A DNA stretch of 64,000 bases from Chlorokybus atmophyticus (taxonomy: Eukaryota; Plantae; Mesostigma and Chlorokybus algae): NCBI GenBank assembly GCA_009103225.1, contig RHPI01002656.1, positions 347,240 through 411,239 on the forward strand. Reading direction: 5' to 3'. Made by a program: the position numbers and the translations under genes. The notes below the pieces were generated by a model that was not told where the DNA came from, did not search any database, and saw nothing but the letters and a program-made list of their open reading frames with translations. Shown piece after piece: positions 1-13,078 of the stretch; position 1 is the first letter of the stretch, and every line of letters starts with the position of its first letter.

Positions 1-3000
1 CGTTGCCGGGCATTGACATACAGCTGGTGAGACTTGCTGATTGCTGCAAGCAGTTTCTTCTCGTGGAGTCTTTCCTCAGTCGAACTTATCCGTCATAACG
101 ACCGTGCTTGTGCTTGTGGGTGGGTGGGTGGGTGGGTGCGCACTCGTGCATAGACAAATGTGTTCATGTGTCTGTCTGTGGCGCATGCAGAAAGCCAAAC
201 CAACATGGCGCGATCACGCCCGGCAACTGGGCAGCTTTGTCGGACCGGGCTTCTTGGTTGCCATAGCCTACATCGACCCTGGGAACTGTGAGCACTGTCT
301 TTGCACGCATGCATGCATGCATGCGTGCAAATGGAACAGAAAAGTGTTAGGAGGTTAAGCTGTTTGCATTGCGTGCAGTCCAGAGCAACCTTGCTTCTGG
401 AGCGCAGTTCCAGTATAAGGTGCTTGAGGGTTGAGTTGGTCTTGTTCAACAGGCACAACATGTATGTTGCTTCTACTTGTTGTTGTTGACATAGTGGGGG
501 CACTAACGTTGTGCAAACAGCTGCTGTGGGTGCTTCTGTACGCCTCCATCGCTGGCATGTTCGTACAAAGCTTGGCGGCCTCTCTTGGTGTAGTAACTGG
601 TGAGTAGTGTGGGAATTGTCAATATATCCTCTCTCTGCGTGTGCGTGTGCTTGTGCATGTGAGTGTGTACTTACGAGGTTATGGAATTTATGTACACTTG
701 CAGGGAAGCATCTGGCGCAGCACTGCCGGTCCGAGTATCCGCCAAAGGTGAATTTTGGCTTGTGGGTCCTCGCGGAGCTCGCCATGGTTGCTTCAGACAT
801 ACCCGAAGGTAACGCGTGCTGAGTTAGGCAATGCAAGAAGACTGTGCAGGTGGTTATGATTATGGTAATGATGATGACAGTGCTCACAATGGTGGTGCTT
901 GCTGTCGGACTGTTTATATACCTTCGGCACTTTTCAGTCATAGGCACAGCCTTTGCGCTGCATCTGCTCGTTGGCATACCTGTGTGGGCGGGTGTGCTCA
1001 TCACTGGGTTCGACACGCTTCTCATCCTTTGCATCCAGCATTATGGGGTCTGTTGTTGCTGTTGTTATTATTTCTGTTTATGTTGTTGTTCCATGATCAG
1101 TTTTCAAAACTTAACATCTACTACCTTGCTTCGCAGATACGCAAGCTGGAGGTCGTCATTGGATCTCTCGTTTTAGTCATGGCCTCATGCTTCATCATCG
1201 AGCTCGGGTACATCCTTTGTTGTCATGACATCTGTTTCTATGTTGTTGTGATGCATTCATGGCAACACAGCCAACACTCTCTTCTCCCCAGTTATGTAAA
1301 TCCGCAATGGGGAGATGCTGCCATGGGCTTGGTGCGCCCTCGCCTTCCCGGCAGTGAGGCTGTCCTCATTGCAGTTTCTCTCGTTGGTGCCGTCGTCATG
1401 CCTCACAACCTATATCTGCACTCCGCGCTTGTGCTAAGCAGACGCGGTGGACGCAAATTGGATGAGCTCAAGGTGTGCATGCACGCGTTCATGTGTGCCA
1501 TGTGGGTGTGTGCATGTACTGTCTCTGTGCCCGCAGGTGCGCATACATGCGTGTGGTTGCTTGCGTGGGTGTACGCAGGTGTACGCACGCGCATGTACGC
1601 GCGTACGCACATGCGCGTCCGTACAGCTGCGTGCACATGTGTGCAATGATGTGCACACGTGTGCACATGCACGTGCGTCGCTCAGTTACCGAGTGAGTAC
1701 ACACGTGCCTAGCTACAGGGAGCGCATGAGTCTTTTTTGAACAGGCCGCGGAGCGGTACTTCAGGGTTGAAACGACAGTGGCGCTTTGTCTTGCCTGCGT
1801 CATCAATATGTCGGTGACAGTTGTGGCTGCCACTGTTTGCACACGCCCAGGTAGGCATCTTGGCCTGCACGGCCTTGGACTCTCTGCCTTGTAGGCAACA
1901 CGAGTAGCATACCTTCAAGTCGTACTTTGGATTCAATACCATCATCTTGCATAGCCTCGGTGCTGCTACATCATGAAGACCTCTGAGGTGACTGCCTGTC
2001 CTTCTTTTGCAGACTTGGCAACTGAAGACCGCGAGCGCTGCGCAGACTTGTCTTTGGACAATGCTTTCTTTCTTCTTGGCGTAAGTACTTGCATTTCTTC
2101 AAGCCTCATCTGGCTCAGCTTGTTCAAAACAGCATTTGAGTTGGCCGTATACAAACCATATGCAGACAACACTCGGAGCTGCGAGTCAGAAGCTGTACGG
2201 TGTTGCGCTGCTGGCTTCAGGGCAGTCTTCAACTGTCACTGGGACATATGCTGGCCAGCATGTTATGTCGGTAAGTGTGTATAACTGAAGCTGCAGTGCT
2301 TGTAAGTGTGTATCTGTTGCTCATGCAGCTCGACCACTGCACAACCACCTGGTGGCATATACACAACGCTCTCAAGCTGTGTGTTTGCTTCCATAACAAG
2401 CACTGACCTCTCTGTACACAGGGTTTCCTAAACATCCAATGGTCGCCATGGATTCGCAACTTGGTCACGCGCTGCGTGGCGATTGTTCCTTCACTGGCTG
2501 TTGCATTGGCAGCTGGCAGCAGCGGTGCTGGCAACCTCATCATCATTGCATCAGTGAGCGTCCATTCATCACGCAGTTGAAGCATGAACACTTGGCAACA
2601 CTCATTTTTGGCTCTAAACTTGCTGCATGTTCGCAGGCTATTCTCTCCTTCCAGCTGCCTTTCGCACTCCTGCCGCTGATCAAGTTTGTCAGCAGCGAAG
2701 CCAAGATGGGCCCGCTCAAGAAGAAGAAAGCCCTCACCATCATTGCTTTCTTCCTTGCAGGTGCAAGGGACTGCATGTGCAACACTGATGCAGCAAATAT
2801 CAATTGAATATTTACATTGGTAAAAGTTTCTAGTTCTAAACTTGCAACTGCAGTTGTGATTTTTTGCGCCAACTCGACGCTGCTTGGAAGCTTTCTTGTG
2901 GACGTCCGCCACTCGCACGGCATGCCCAGAGTTGCAAAGGAGTTCATCACTGTGATAGGTGAGCACTGTTTTCTTGTCTGATAAGCAGGTTGCTTGCTTG

Positions 3001-3297
3001 CTATGCTCATGCATTGTTGGCCCCATCAACCTGTATGCCGACCGTGACTCTAACGATGCTTGCTCTGTATGTTGTCTTGTAGCTGCCATATTGGCCGCAT
3101 GCTACATAACAGCACTGTTATACCTGGCAATAAGGAAGGACCGCAACGTGACCTTCCCAGGGTTAGATACCACATTGGAAGAAGTTTCTCATGTTGAAGG
3201 AGAGGACCGCACTACATCACGCAACGAGTTAGAAGTTGCTGTTGTTCAGCCACGCGCAACGCCTCATGAAGACACAGCCTTGACCGCTGATTCTTAA
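1..3297 (+). CDS. NRAMP: NRAMP divalent metal transporter, plant group I-like (AtNRAMP1/OsNRAMP5 type); multi-exon, 5' end lies before the window
   Basis: Spliced exons in consistent phase give [15 protein letters not shown] (191-287), [94 protein letters not shown] and the GQSSTxTGTYAGQ transport motif are NRAMP hallmarks. Stop at 3297. Confidence 0.95.
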
Positions 3298-3808
3298 TCA
3301 GCGGGTACAAGAGATGCACTACATGAGGGTGGAAGCAATGTTGATGAGAAAGTTGCAGTACATGAGTCAGTTGTCGTTGCACCTACTGAGGGTGGAGGTA
3401 CTCCTTGCAGAAAGTGCGAGTAGGGCTATGTTGAGGTTGTAGCAAAATTTTGTATGAAAATATTTATAAGAGATGACCCATATAATTTGCATTAGTGGAG
3501 TGTGTCATTCGCACGCTCATACATATTGTGCACAGTGGTAGATTGATTGCTATGTGTATGGGTGTGTTGGTTGCGAGATTATGACATGTGCATTTGCTAA
3601 ACAATTAATTACGTTCGTCACATATGCGTCGGTTAAAGGGATATCAATGCATTGCTAATCACTTCAAATATAAGTAACAGAATTTCCATTTAGGACTTGC
3701 AATTTGTCAGGTACGTTTCTTCTCTGTACACATTAAATTTAGTCGCCTCGAAGACTTGTGCAAAAAGTGCCAAAACCATAACGCTAATAAAGCTCAATAC
3801 AACAATAA

Positions 3809-3809
<1 letters not shown>

Positions 3810-3849
<40 letters not shown>
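3810..3849. repeat. (TA)20 microsatellite
   Basis: Directly visible perfect dinucleotide run. Confidence 0.98.
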
Positions 3850-3851
<2 letters not shown>

Positions 3852-3946
3852 AAGCGCACAACAACGCAATTACGCACGCTAGCATGCGTGGGCTCGTGCC
3901 AAGAGCACTGCCAAGTCCGACAGGGTAGTCATAAGGGGTAGGTCGT

Positions 3947-4279
3947 TGTAACGGAGTGCTACCGCTATGTGGTTTGAGACCCTTACTTAGTTAGAAATAA
4001 GGGTCCCAACGGGTAATAAACAGCCAATTGAGTCGTATTAGGGCCTTGATGGCCTTAATGTAGTGTAGCTTATCGCTAACGCTGTTATCGATGTGAGACT
4101 CATGTCTCACATCGATATCAGCCGCATGGCGCTGCTAACGCAGCGGCCGCCATAGCTAGAGGATCTTTTGCTCTGGCAGCTGCCCTGGCAGCGGCGGCGG
4201 CGGTGTGGGCCGGCGGTGTGGCTTATGGTGGTGTTGGGGTAGGGGATTCAAGGGGGCGGTAGCACCTCCCCCTCTTACA
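3947..4279 (+). repeat. 5' LTR of the chromovirus
   Basis: TGTAA...TTACA termini; roughly 90% identical by eye to 9497-9840; followed by the PBS. Confidence 0.95.
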
Positions 4280-7200
4280 TTTGGTATCGGAGCAGGGGCG
4301 TGAAGGGCTGTGGGGGCGGCGGCGGCAGCTCTGGCGGTGGCAGGAGCAGCGGCAGCGAGTGACGGCAGCAGCCGGCGGCACTGAGCAGTGCCAGGCGGCA
4401 GCACTAGCAGCCGCTACCCACGAGTTTGATTGGGTAGTGGTAGTTGTTAGTGTTGTTGTTGTTGTTGTTGTTGTTGTCGCTGCTGCTGGTGTAGCATAGC
4501 CTTGCTTGCTTATTTGCTTGCTTGCTTACTAGCTTAGCCTAGCCTAGCCTAGCTGCCCTGGCCTAGCCTTGCTTGTTAGTTTATAGGGAGGCGGCCACTT
4601 AGGCTGCCTCACCTGAAGTATTGCATCCCAGCACATCACTTGTAATCAATTATCATATTATTACTTGTGAGCGTGCTCGTGGTTGGGGCTGCCACCGCGT
4701 GGATTCGTGGTGGTGTAAGGGGGGGTTGTGATTGTTTACACTTCTCCCACCCTAATGAAGTAGTCTAACGCCAACTTGGGCTGTTTTAGCCGCCATTCAG
4801 TGCGGTGGGGCCGCCAGATGCATTCTAAGCGATCGATATCAAACTTTCGACTCACAACTTGTCGATTTCAGCCTGTAGGGTTGATTCAACGAGAGTTTGG
4901 CACCTTTTGTGTCATTTGCAATTGTGAGTTGAGCTGAGTTGTACAAAGTGAAAACTTTAAATTGCTATAGTTTGTGAACCGTCGCGTGGATTTGCGTACG
5001 ATTTGTTTCCAAGGGAGCATCTTGTTGAGAGGTGTTGGGCAGTCATTTAACGTGCTGTTTAACCCAAGTATAGCACCTTGAAATCAGCAAGGAAGAAACC
5101 ATAAGTTTCAGCACTTTTTGAGTGCAGAACTAGTGTGGTTGTGCACTTGAACACTTCATTTACTTACGACTTCATTCTTGGACAGATGTTTGACCAAGGG
5201 GAAGGAGACAAGGCAGAGAGGTACCCCCCTATGCCAAGCTTATCCTCATCCGCATATGAGCCATCAAGTGATGAGGAGGAAGTGAAGAGTAGCTCTTCAA
5301 GTGAGAGCGAGAGCAAGGGTGGCAATGAAAAGGAGAACTCGAAGCACGAAAGTGCTAAAGCTTCCGTCTCGTCCTCTCATGGTGTTGCACCGGTGGACCC
5401 TTCACTTGTCATCGGTGGGGCCATTGAGAAGTTTGCACAGGGCGAGCAAAGCTTGTTGCTCGTTACCCTAGCATGATTAAAGAGGTGTGGGGTAAGTGGG
5501 CAGCAATAGTCCGCCATGAATATGAGGCGGACTTTGCAACACTTCCCTAAGCAAGCAAGGAGGTGGTGATCCGGATGCTCGGGCACGAGTTGACTCAGAA
5601 CATTCCACCACTCGTACGCAATGATCCTGCAGTAACTACCCTCATGGCCACTTGGTACAAGCCAGGCTCATTCCCGAGTAATAGGATGGCTTTTGAGGCT
5701 TTGGCCATGTGGACATTAGAGACTCGGAGGCGCTGCAAGGATCTGTTTTGGTACCTTGGGCCTGATTTGGAACAACGCTTGGCTCGTGATGAACGGTCGG
5801 CGCGCCTTGTCGCGATGCAGGCTGAGTTGGTGGCTCTACGTCAGCAAGTGGCTGGAGCTGCCACAACAGTGGGTGGTACATCGGCGGGGATGCCTGTCAC
5901 AGCACTGAACAAGCCTGCGAAGTTTAAGCCCAACGGTACTGTTAACATTCATAATTGGGTGGTGACTGTTTAGAGGTACTTGACATCACTTCAGCGCCCA
6001 ATTAGTGAGCACATTGCTGTTGCTGAGTTGCTCATGCCACTTGATGCGTTGGCCGAGTGGGCGAGACACATTGCGGATGGTGCTCCCAAGACTGTAAAGG
6101 CACTGTTCCAGTTCACGGTGGAGCGCTATAGTGGCATAGACCTGGCCACTGCTGCTCGCAACAAGCTCAGCAAGCTGCAACAGAGTGGCCGAGCGGCTTT
6201 AGTCAATCTACGGGAGTTCTAGGCATTGGTTGGCCGCATAAACAGTGGACTTATGCCTATGGACAAGGCTGAGCAGTTTGACAACTATAAACGCGGAATG
6301 GATGCGCGTCTGCATGATCACTTGCAGTACAACACATCTACGGGAAAGCCTTGGGTGCCCGATAACCTCGACCCTACAGAGGTTAAGTGTGTTGTTGTAT
6401 AATGATGACTCTGCGGCTGTGCAGGATAAGTCGCAAATGGCAATTTCGGCCAAGCCGCAGGGAGGGGAAAAGCGATTCCCCTCACCATGGCACTTGGCCA
6501 AGTGCGCATGCGGCGAAGAAAGCCTAGACATTCACACCTGCAGTTGCTGCTGGTGGTGCGCCTTCGGCGGCACGCGCATGTTATGTGTGTCATCAGCCGG
6601 GTTATATTGCGAAGAACTGCCCAACCAAGGGGAAGGGCAAGGCCAAGAAGGTTGAATAGGATTATGTCGTGACTGATGTGGCAGCTGATGGCCAGTTGCT
6701 GCAGCTACATGTATCAAACTGGTTTAATGAGTTGTCCCATGTGCATGTACAGACACATGCATGGCAAGCACATGATAAGCTGCCACTTTTTGATAGTGAA
6801 AAAATGGATGACAATGCTTGTGTGCTAGTGCATGTAGAGTTTAACATGCTAACAGAATTTGTGCGCACATTGTGTACGTTACAAAGTAAACACACGACTG
6901 AGTGTGGTTGTCATAGTGCCCAAGTATCATGGACCGTGGCTAAAGCATACTCGGGGGGGAACTGTGTTGGAACAATTCACAAAGCGTGAGACGGGGACCG
7001 TGCGATTGTCAGCGGTATGATTGATTAACCCACGCACCAGTCACGGAATCTTGGCTACCTTTCAAGGGCGAGTCATACCATCATTGTGGACCTTTACAGG
7101 CACAGCAGAGGGTATTACTAGCTCGTTTTTAATTGACACTGGGGCAACGCATAACTTCGTTGAAGACAACTGGGTTATGCGCAATAAGATATCGTGTAAA

Positions 7201-9232
7201 CCCTCAGCCTTCTCAGCTGCTGGTGCTGGGGGTGCGTTATCAGTAACAGGTGCAATCAAGTGAAAGTTCAGATTGGTAGTTATCAAGCCAATTTAACTTT
7301 CATCATAGTACCCATTGACATAGCTGGTGTTGATGTGGTAGTTGGCCAAGAATGGCAATATCAAGTGTCTATGACATTAAATACTGCTGCACGGTTTTGC
7401 ACAGTAAGGAAAGGGTGTAAGCGCATCATTTTGTCCGTGCAGGGGTTGCGTAAAGATGCCCCGTTCACTTGGACGATAGAACAAGAAGCTGCTATGCAAA
7501 AGGTGAAGTTGGCTTCAACATCAGTGACAGTGTTAGCATTGCCAAATTGGGACAAACACTTTACAGTGGTCAGTAACGCATCAACACTTAGGTGTGGTGT
7601 GGTACTGTTGCAAGATGGTCCTTGTGCTTATGGGAGTAGGAAGTTCATTCCCGCAGAAGTGAACTACACTACGACATAGCAAGAACTATTGGGTATAGAT
7701 CATGCTTTAAGACATGGAGACATTACTAAAAGGGTGTTTAATTGATTGTTGTGACTGATCACAACCCGTTGGTGTATTTCTTAACACAGCAAAACTTGTC
7801 GATACGGCAAGCGCGCTGGAATAAGTTTTTGTCCAAGTTCACCTTTAATTGGGTGTATCGGCCGGGCAGAACCAATGTGGCTGACCCTTTAAGTCGCTGC
7901 CCGTCAGTACTGGCGGTGATGCGCGCACAAGTACTCCCGACACGCAGCACATTGTCTCTTAATGATGAGTTTGTGCAAGCTGTTGTACAGAGATACACTT
8001 TGGACCCGTGGTTTTCTATTGCAAACAACTTACAAAAGTTTGACAAACGTGACAATCTGTATTACATGAGCAACAGTTTGGTAATACCTTGACCATGCTG
8101 AACTGCGTGTAAAATGCATGGCGGATATACACAATCCACCGTACGCTGGGCACTTTGGTAGTCGCAAGTCCATTAAGGCAGCGCAACAATTGTATAAGTG
8201 GCCATTGTTGCCTGCTGATGTAAAGCAGTATGTGGACACATGTGACAAATGTCAACGTGACAAACCGTTATGTCAAAAGCCCGCTGGGCTACTGCGGCCA
8301 TTACCGGTTCCTGACAGTAAGTGGGAAAGTGTGGGTATGGACCTTATTATTGAGCTCCCTGAGACAGCATTGGGTCATGCTGCGGTTGCAATATTTGTGG
8401 ATCGTTTGACCAAAATGGTTCACATTGTTGCTTGCCATACGGAAATAGGCTCCCGTGATCTAGCGATAGTTTTTGTCGCGTCAGTGTTCAAGCTGCATGG
8501 CTTGCTGCGCAACATTGTCTAACCGTGACCCGTGGTTGGTGGCTCAGTTTTGGAAGTCGCTATGCAACTTCTTGCAGATACAGCAGCACATGAGTACTGC
8601 TCATCATTCGCAAACTGATGGTCAGAGTAAACGCGCCAATCAAGTGACTGAGGAAACCATCCGGCATTATGTGAGTCCGAATCAGTCTGATTGGGATATT
8701 TATCTTTCAATGGCCGAGTTCGCGATTAACAATGCATGGCAAGAAAGTGTGCAGGAAACTCCTTGTTTCTTGAATTACGGAGTGCATCCAAAGTCCTGCC
8801 AGGATGATCGCGTGCCTGCAGCGCGCGAGATGGCTGCGGCCATGCAAGACAGGTTAGCGTTGGCAAAGAGCTGTCTACGCGAAGCGCAAGACAGACAGAA
8901 AGCCCAAGCTGATAAGCATCGTAAGCAGGCCGACAATGATGTGGGCAATTCGTTGCTTTTAAGCAATAAAAACATATCCATCAAGGGAGTGGGTACCCGA
9001 AAGTTTTTCCCTCGCTGGATAGGCCCCTTCAAAGTGGTTGATCGGGTCGGCACTCACGCGTATCGTTTGGAGTGACCACAAGCCACGTATATATAACGTG
9101 TTTCATGTGAGTGTACTGAAGCCGTATCGTTCAGACGGTCGGGTTCAACCTCCTCGACCCCCTGTCGCAGTGGATGGCAATAATATTTTCGAGTACGAGG
9201 TGGAAGCAATCCGGAGTCACTGTAAGCCCTGA

Positions 9233-9370
<138 letters not shown>

Positions 9371-9496
9371 TAAAAGGGTGCTGGCAGACATCTTTACCGC
9401 TTCGGCCCTGGTTCTCCTTCCCCTCAGGTTTTCAATGCTTATGGTAGGGCCTTGCTAGCCCTTTAATGAGGATATTAAAACTTAAGTGGGGGGGAA

Positions 9497-9840
9497 TGTA
9501 ACGGAGTGCTACCGCTATGCGGTACCCCGTCCTTACTTAGTTAGAAATAAGGGTCCCAACGGGTAATAAACAGCCAATTAAGCCGTATTAGGGCCTTTAT
9601 GGCCTTCTGTAGTGTTAGCTTATCGCTAACACTGATATCGATGTGAGACTCGTGTGTGAGACACGAGTCTCACATCGATATCAGCCGCATGGCGGCTAAC
9701 GCAGCAGCCGCCATAGCCAGAGGATTCTTTGCTCTGGCAGCTGCCCCGGCAGCGGCGGCGACGGTGTGGGCCGGCAGCGTGGCTGGTGGTGGTGTTGGGG
9801 TAGGGGATCAAAGGGGGCGGTAGCACCTTCCCCTCTTACA
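9497..9840 (+). repeat. 3' LTR of the chromovirus
   Basis: Directly preceded by the PPT and followed by TSD GTCGT. Confidence 0.95.
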
Positions 9841-11063
9841 GTCGTGGTGGTGGCCACTAGCCTGCACCGGGTTGAACCCGGAGCAATGCACACGGCCGTA
9901 GTCGCGCTCTTAAATAGTTACGCCATGAGCCCGCTGCAGTGCATAGGCAATCCGCTGACTATATGACTACATGGGCACGAAACCTGACATATGAGTGGTA
10001 TGCAATCCAAATACAGAACCACACGGCGCGCGCAGGCGGTGATGAGCTCGCGGAAAGACGCTCTCTCCATGTCTCTGCCGCCAGGGGATGAACTTGTCGC
10101 CTGACGCGTGGTCATTATGCTTCCGACTCTTGGCCAACTCAAACGCACGTGGTCTTCTCTTAAGCTAGGCGCTGCAGGTGACAATGGTGTCGACTGATAG
10201 TGGGCGGTCGTGGCCTGACTCGAAGGCCACATTTTACTGCAGTATTGTTGATGCGAAATTATTGTGCACAACCACAAAGTGCTTACAATATACGTCATGC
10301 TACTTTGCGTCATATGATGATATGTAATGTTTAACCATCGATCATAAATAGCATTTGTCGCACATATGGTACGATATTGCATTCTATAAATGCACATATT
10401 ACAATGAGCAATAATTTGTGGCTTACACCTTACCAATATAGTTTTGATGATGTGGTAATATTGCTTGTCGCGGCTGACGCTGTCATAGCGTCAGCCTTGA
10501 CGATTGGGAAGATTGTTAACAATCTTCCCAATGAACGAGCACACTTTGCTCATGACATCGTTATGAGCAATTCAGCAAACCAAAGGGTTGTATGCCGTTA
10601 TAACCTATTATGAGCTTGATTATAACAATAATGACTACATTGGTTGAAGAAATCTGAACATAATAACCATACATTATATATGAGTATGACTGTTGTATAG
10701 TACAACATGTGCCATATATTTCACAATATCACTTATGACCCTGGGCCATTGGCCCATCAGTTATGGGCTTATCATAGTCTAGAGTGATGGCCACCACGGC
10801 CATCATCATGCAACGGGAACCCTTTCCCAAGGTTGCGTGCCCGCGGCACGGTGCGCGCGTCTTGATCATAGGCCCTTTTGCGGCGCGCACAGAGCTACGC
10901 GCTCCGCAGCCGCGCCCGGGCATCCCGCAGCAAGCAACTCTCCTCTAACAACGGCAGCCATCGCCAACCAGCAAGAGATCAACACTTTTCTCTCTGTGAG
11001 CGTCCTAATCAAGCACGCATACAAGACAGCTGCGGAAAAGCTGCCGTTGTCCACGTGGAACGC

Positions 11064-11071
11064 TAGGGTTT
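11064..11071. promoter_or_regulatory. Telo-box (TAGGGTTT) upstream of the F-box gene, with site II-like TGGGCY motifs at ~10742-10769
   Basis: Motifs seen in sequence. Telo-box plus site II is a known plant promoter module. Further telo-boxes lie at 15297-15305 (kish), 29493-29501 (SCS beta), 29972-29979 and 38323-38331. Confidence 0.5.
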
Positions 11072-11207
11072 TAAGGGCGACGGCGGCGGGGCGGGCGGCG
11101 GCCGCGGCTGGGCAGGGGGCGTGGACGGGGCTTGCGGTTGGCTAGGGAGGGCGGGCGGGGTTGGGTGGCGAGACGAGGGCGGGTGGGTGGAGAAACGTGG
11201 GTGCGAG

Positions 11208-13078
11208 ATGGTGAGGCGGAGCAAGCGTCGCAGCGATGAGGCCGTGGCTCCGCCGCAGGCCAAGCGGCGGAGGAGGTCGGAGCCGGCTCACGCTGCCACC
11301 ACAAGCAGTAGCATGTCTGAGGCGGAAGGCGTGGCCGGCACAGCTGCCAACGGCGAGGCGGGCGCCGCGGCTCCGGAGTCGTGCACCGGTGCCCCCAGCA
11401 GCAGTTGCAGCCTCCGCAAGGAGGTGCGGCGGCGCCAGCTGCGCCCGAAATGTGCCCGCAGGTGAGCGTCTGCCGTTGTCCGTCCGGGCGTGCGATGGTC
11501 CCAGAATATTAATATATCATGTGCCATCAGCCTGCCTTGTTGCGGGCGATCTTGAGGCTTGCTCCACGCATAATCTACAATTTCCCGGCACTTGTGTAGC
11601 ATGCAGCGGCCTGATCAGGGTCTGCTAGGTTGTTAACACAAGATATCGGACAAGTAGTGCGTTGTACGAATTATTGGTGTGACTGCCAGGATTTTTTCTG
11701 GGTCGCTGCTTACTTGGCCGCTAAGTCCTAGAAGTTGGGGCAGATCCCTTGACAAGCGTACATGGCGACTGCACAACCGATCAGAGTGCTGTCTTGTCGG
11801 CCTCGTGCGCCTGTGTTCTTCAGCGTCCATCCAAGCTCTGCGTCGTAAATTGACAACTCTTTTGGAATTGGCTCTTGGTTGTTGATTCATGATACATCTT
11901 GCCCATGAAGATCCGCATGTGGTTGTGATTGGTATTGACAAAATTGGACAAGCTGAGAAGGCTCTTTACGCACATTTTTATATTTCCTTAGTCAATGATG
12001 TCTAGTCAACCACTGCATGTGCTTTGAGTTGGCAATTTATCCGTTGTGCAATAGTTGTGAACATGCTCATGATAGCGCCCGTCATCTTTCCTGACCTGGG
12101 ACCTTTAGTGACCCATTTGCCTTGTTGGCTTGCAGGCAGTCAGCGCCAGATGAGCTGACATACCCACCATCCACACCTGCACTATGGCTTGACCTACCGG
12201 AAGGCCCTTTGCACCGCGTTTTTGAGCTGATGGCATCATCAGAAGATGGGCACATTCATGTAAGTGCGCTTTACAGCAGCCATTGGCACATGCGCTTTGA
12301 TCTCCAGTGCAAAAATTGTCCCACCCATAACAAGGTTGGCACCGGCAGTTGTACAGCAGTTGTTTAGTGTGTACACTGACTGTTACTGCTGGCAGGTCAT
12401 GCGTGCAGGCAGAGTTTGCAAAAACTGGCGGGTGGCCTCGCAAGCCATATTGTTGGGAGATACCGCAGCATCCAGACCTCATAGGCCACTGCCTATTGCC
12501 AAAGCATGCTCCGCCCCCACGACAGTATCAAATATGGCAAACATTGACATGGAAGGCACCGGTATGTACATAACCATGCGTGCACTTCTCGATGCAGCTT
12601 AGTTACATGTTTACTCACGGGTGACTGTGCAGGTGGTCTGTCTGAATCAGTGCAGGCCCCGTTGAAACCCGCAGATGCTGGCAACAGTGGTAGCCACAGC
12701 TTAAGCCAGGAAGAAGGGCCCAGTGTCAGTCATGGCAACGGCCCTGCACCAAGCAATGGCAACAGACCCGCGCCCAGCCCCCACCGCCCACCTCCAACAC
12801 GCAGCGAGAGCTTGACACCAGGCGAGCTGCGCAGAGGTGCCACGCGCGCCGGGTCGCAAAACAGCACCTACAGCTGCCCGCATCGGGGCCACAGACTCCG
12901 CCGCGGCCTACTTGCTTTGCAAGCTGGGGCCACAACAAATGCTAACCATGCAAGCCCCAGCTCCGTGGAGCCTGGCGCATCAGTTTCAACCCCTACAGCA
13001 GCAAGGCAGCAAGTGCAGAATGTCGCCAGCAGCAGCAATAATGTTTTGAGGCGCCTGCTGTCGCGTCTCAGGTCTTGA
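11208..13078 (+). CDS. F-box domain protein (~330 aa) with basic N-terminal NLS-like segment and low-complexity C-terminus
   Basis: Four exons in consistent phase: 11208-11461, 12136-12259, 12396-12561, 12633-13078. Spliced WLDLPEGPLHRVFELM..VMRAGRVCKNWRVA matches the F-box consensus. Confidence 0.75.

Noticed and set aside
9918-10436. 172-aa minus-strand ORF as a hAT transposase fragment
   Set aside because: Only a vague resemblance (ERASFRELI); no other transposase motifs or TIRs.
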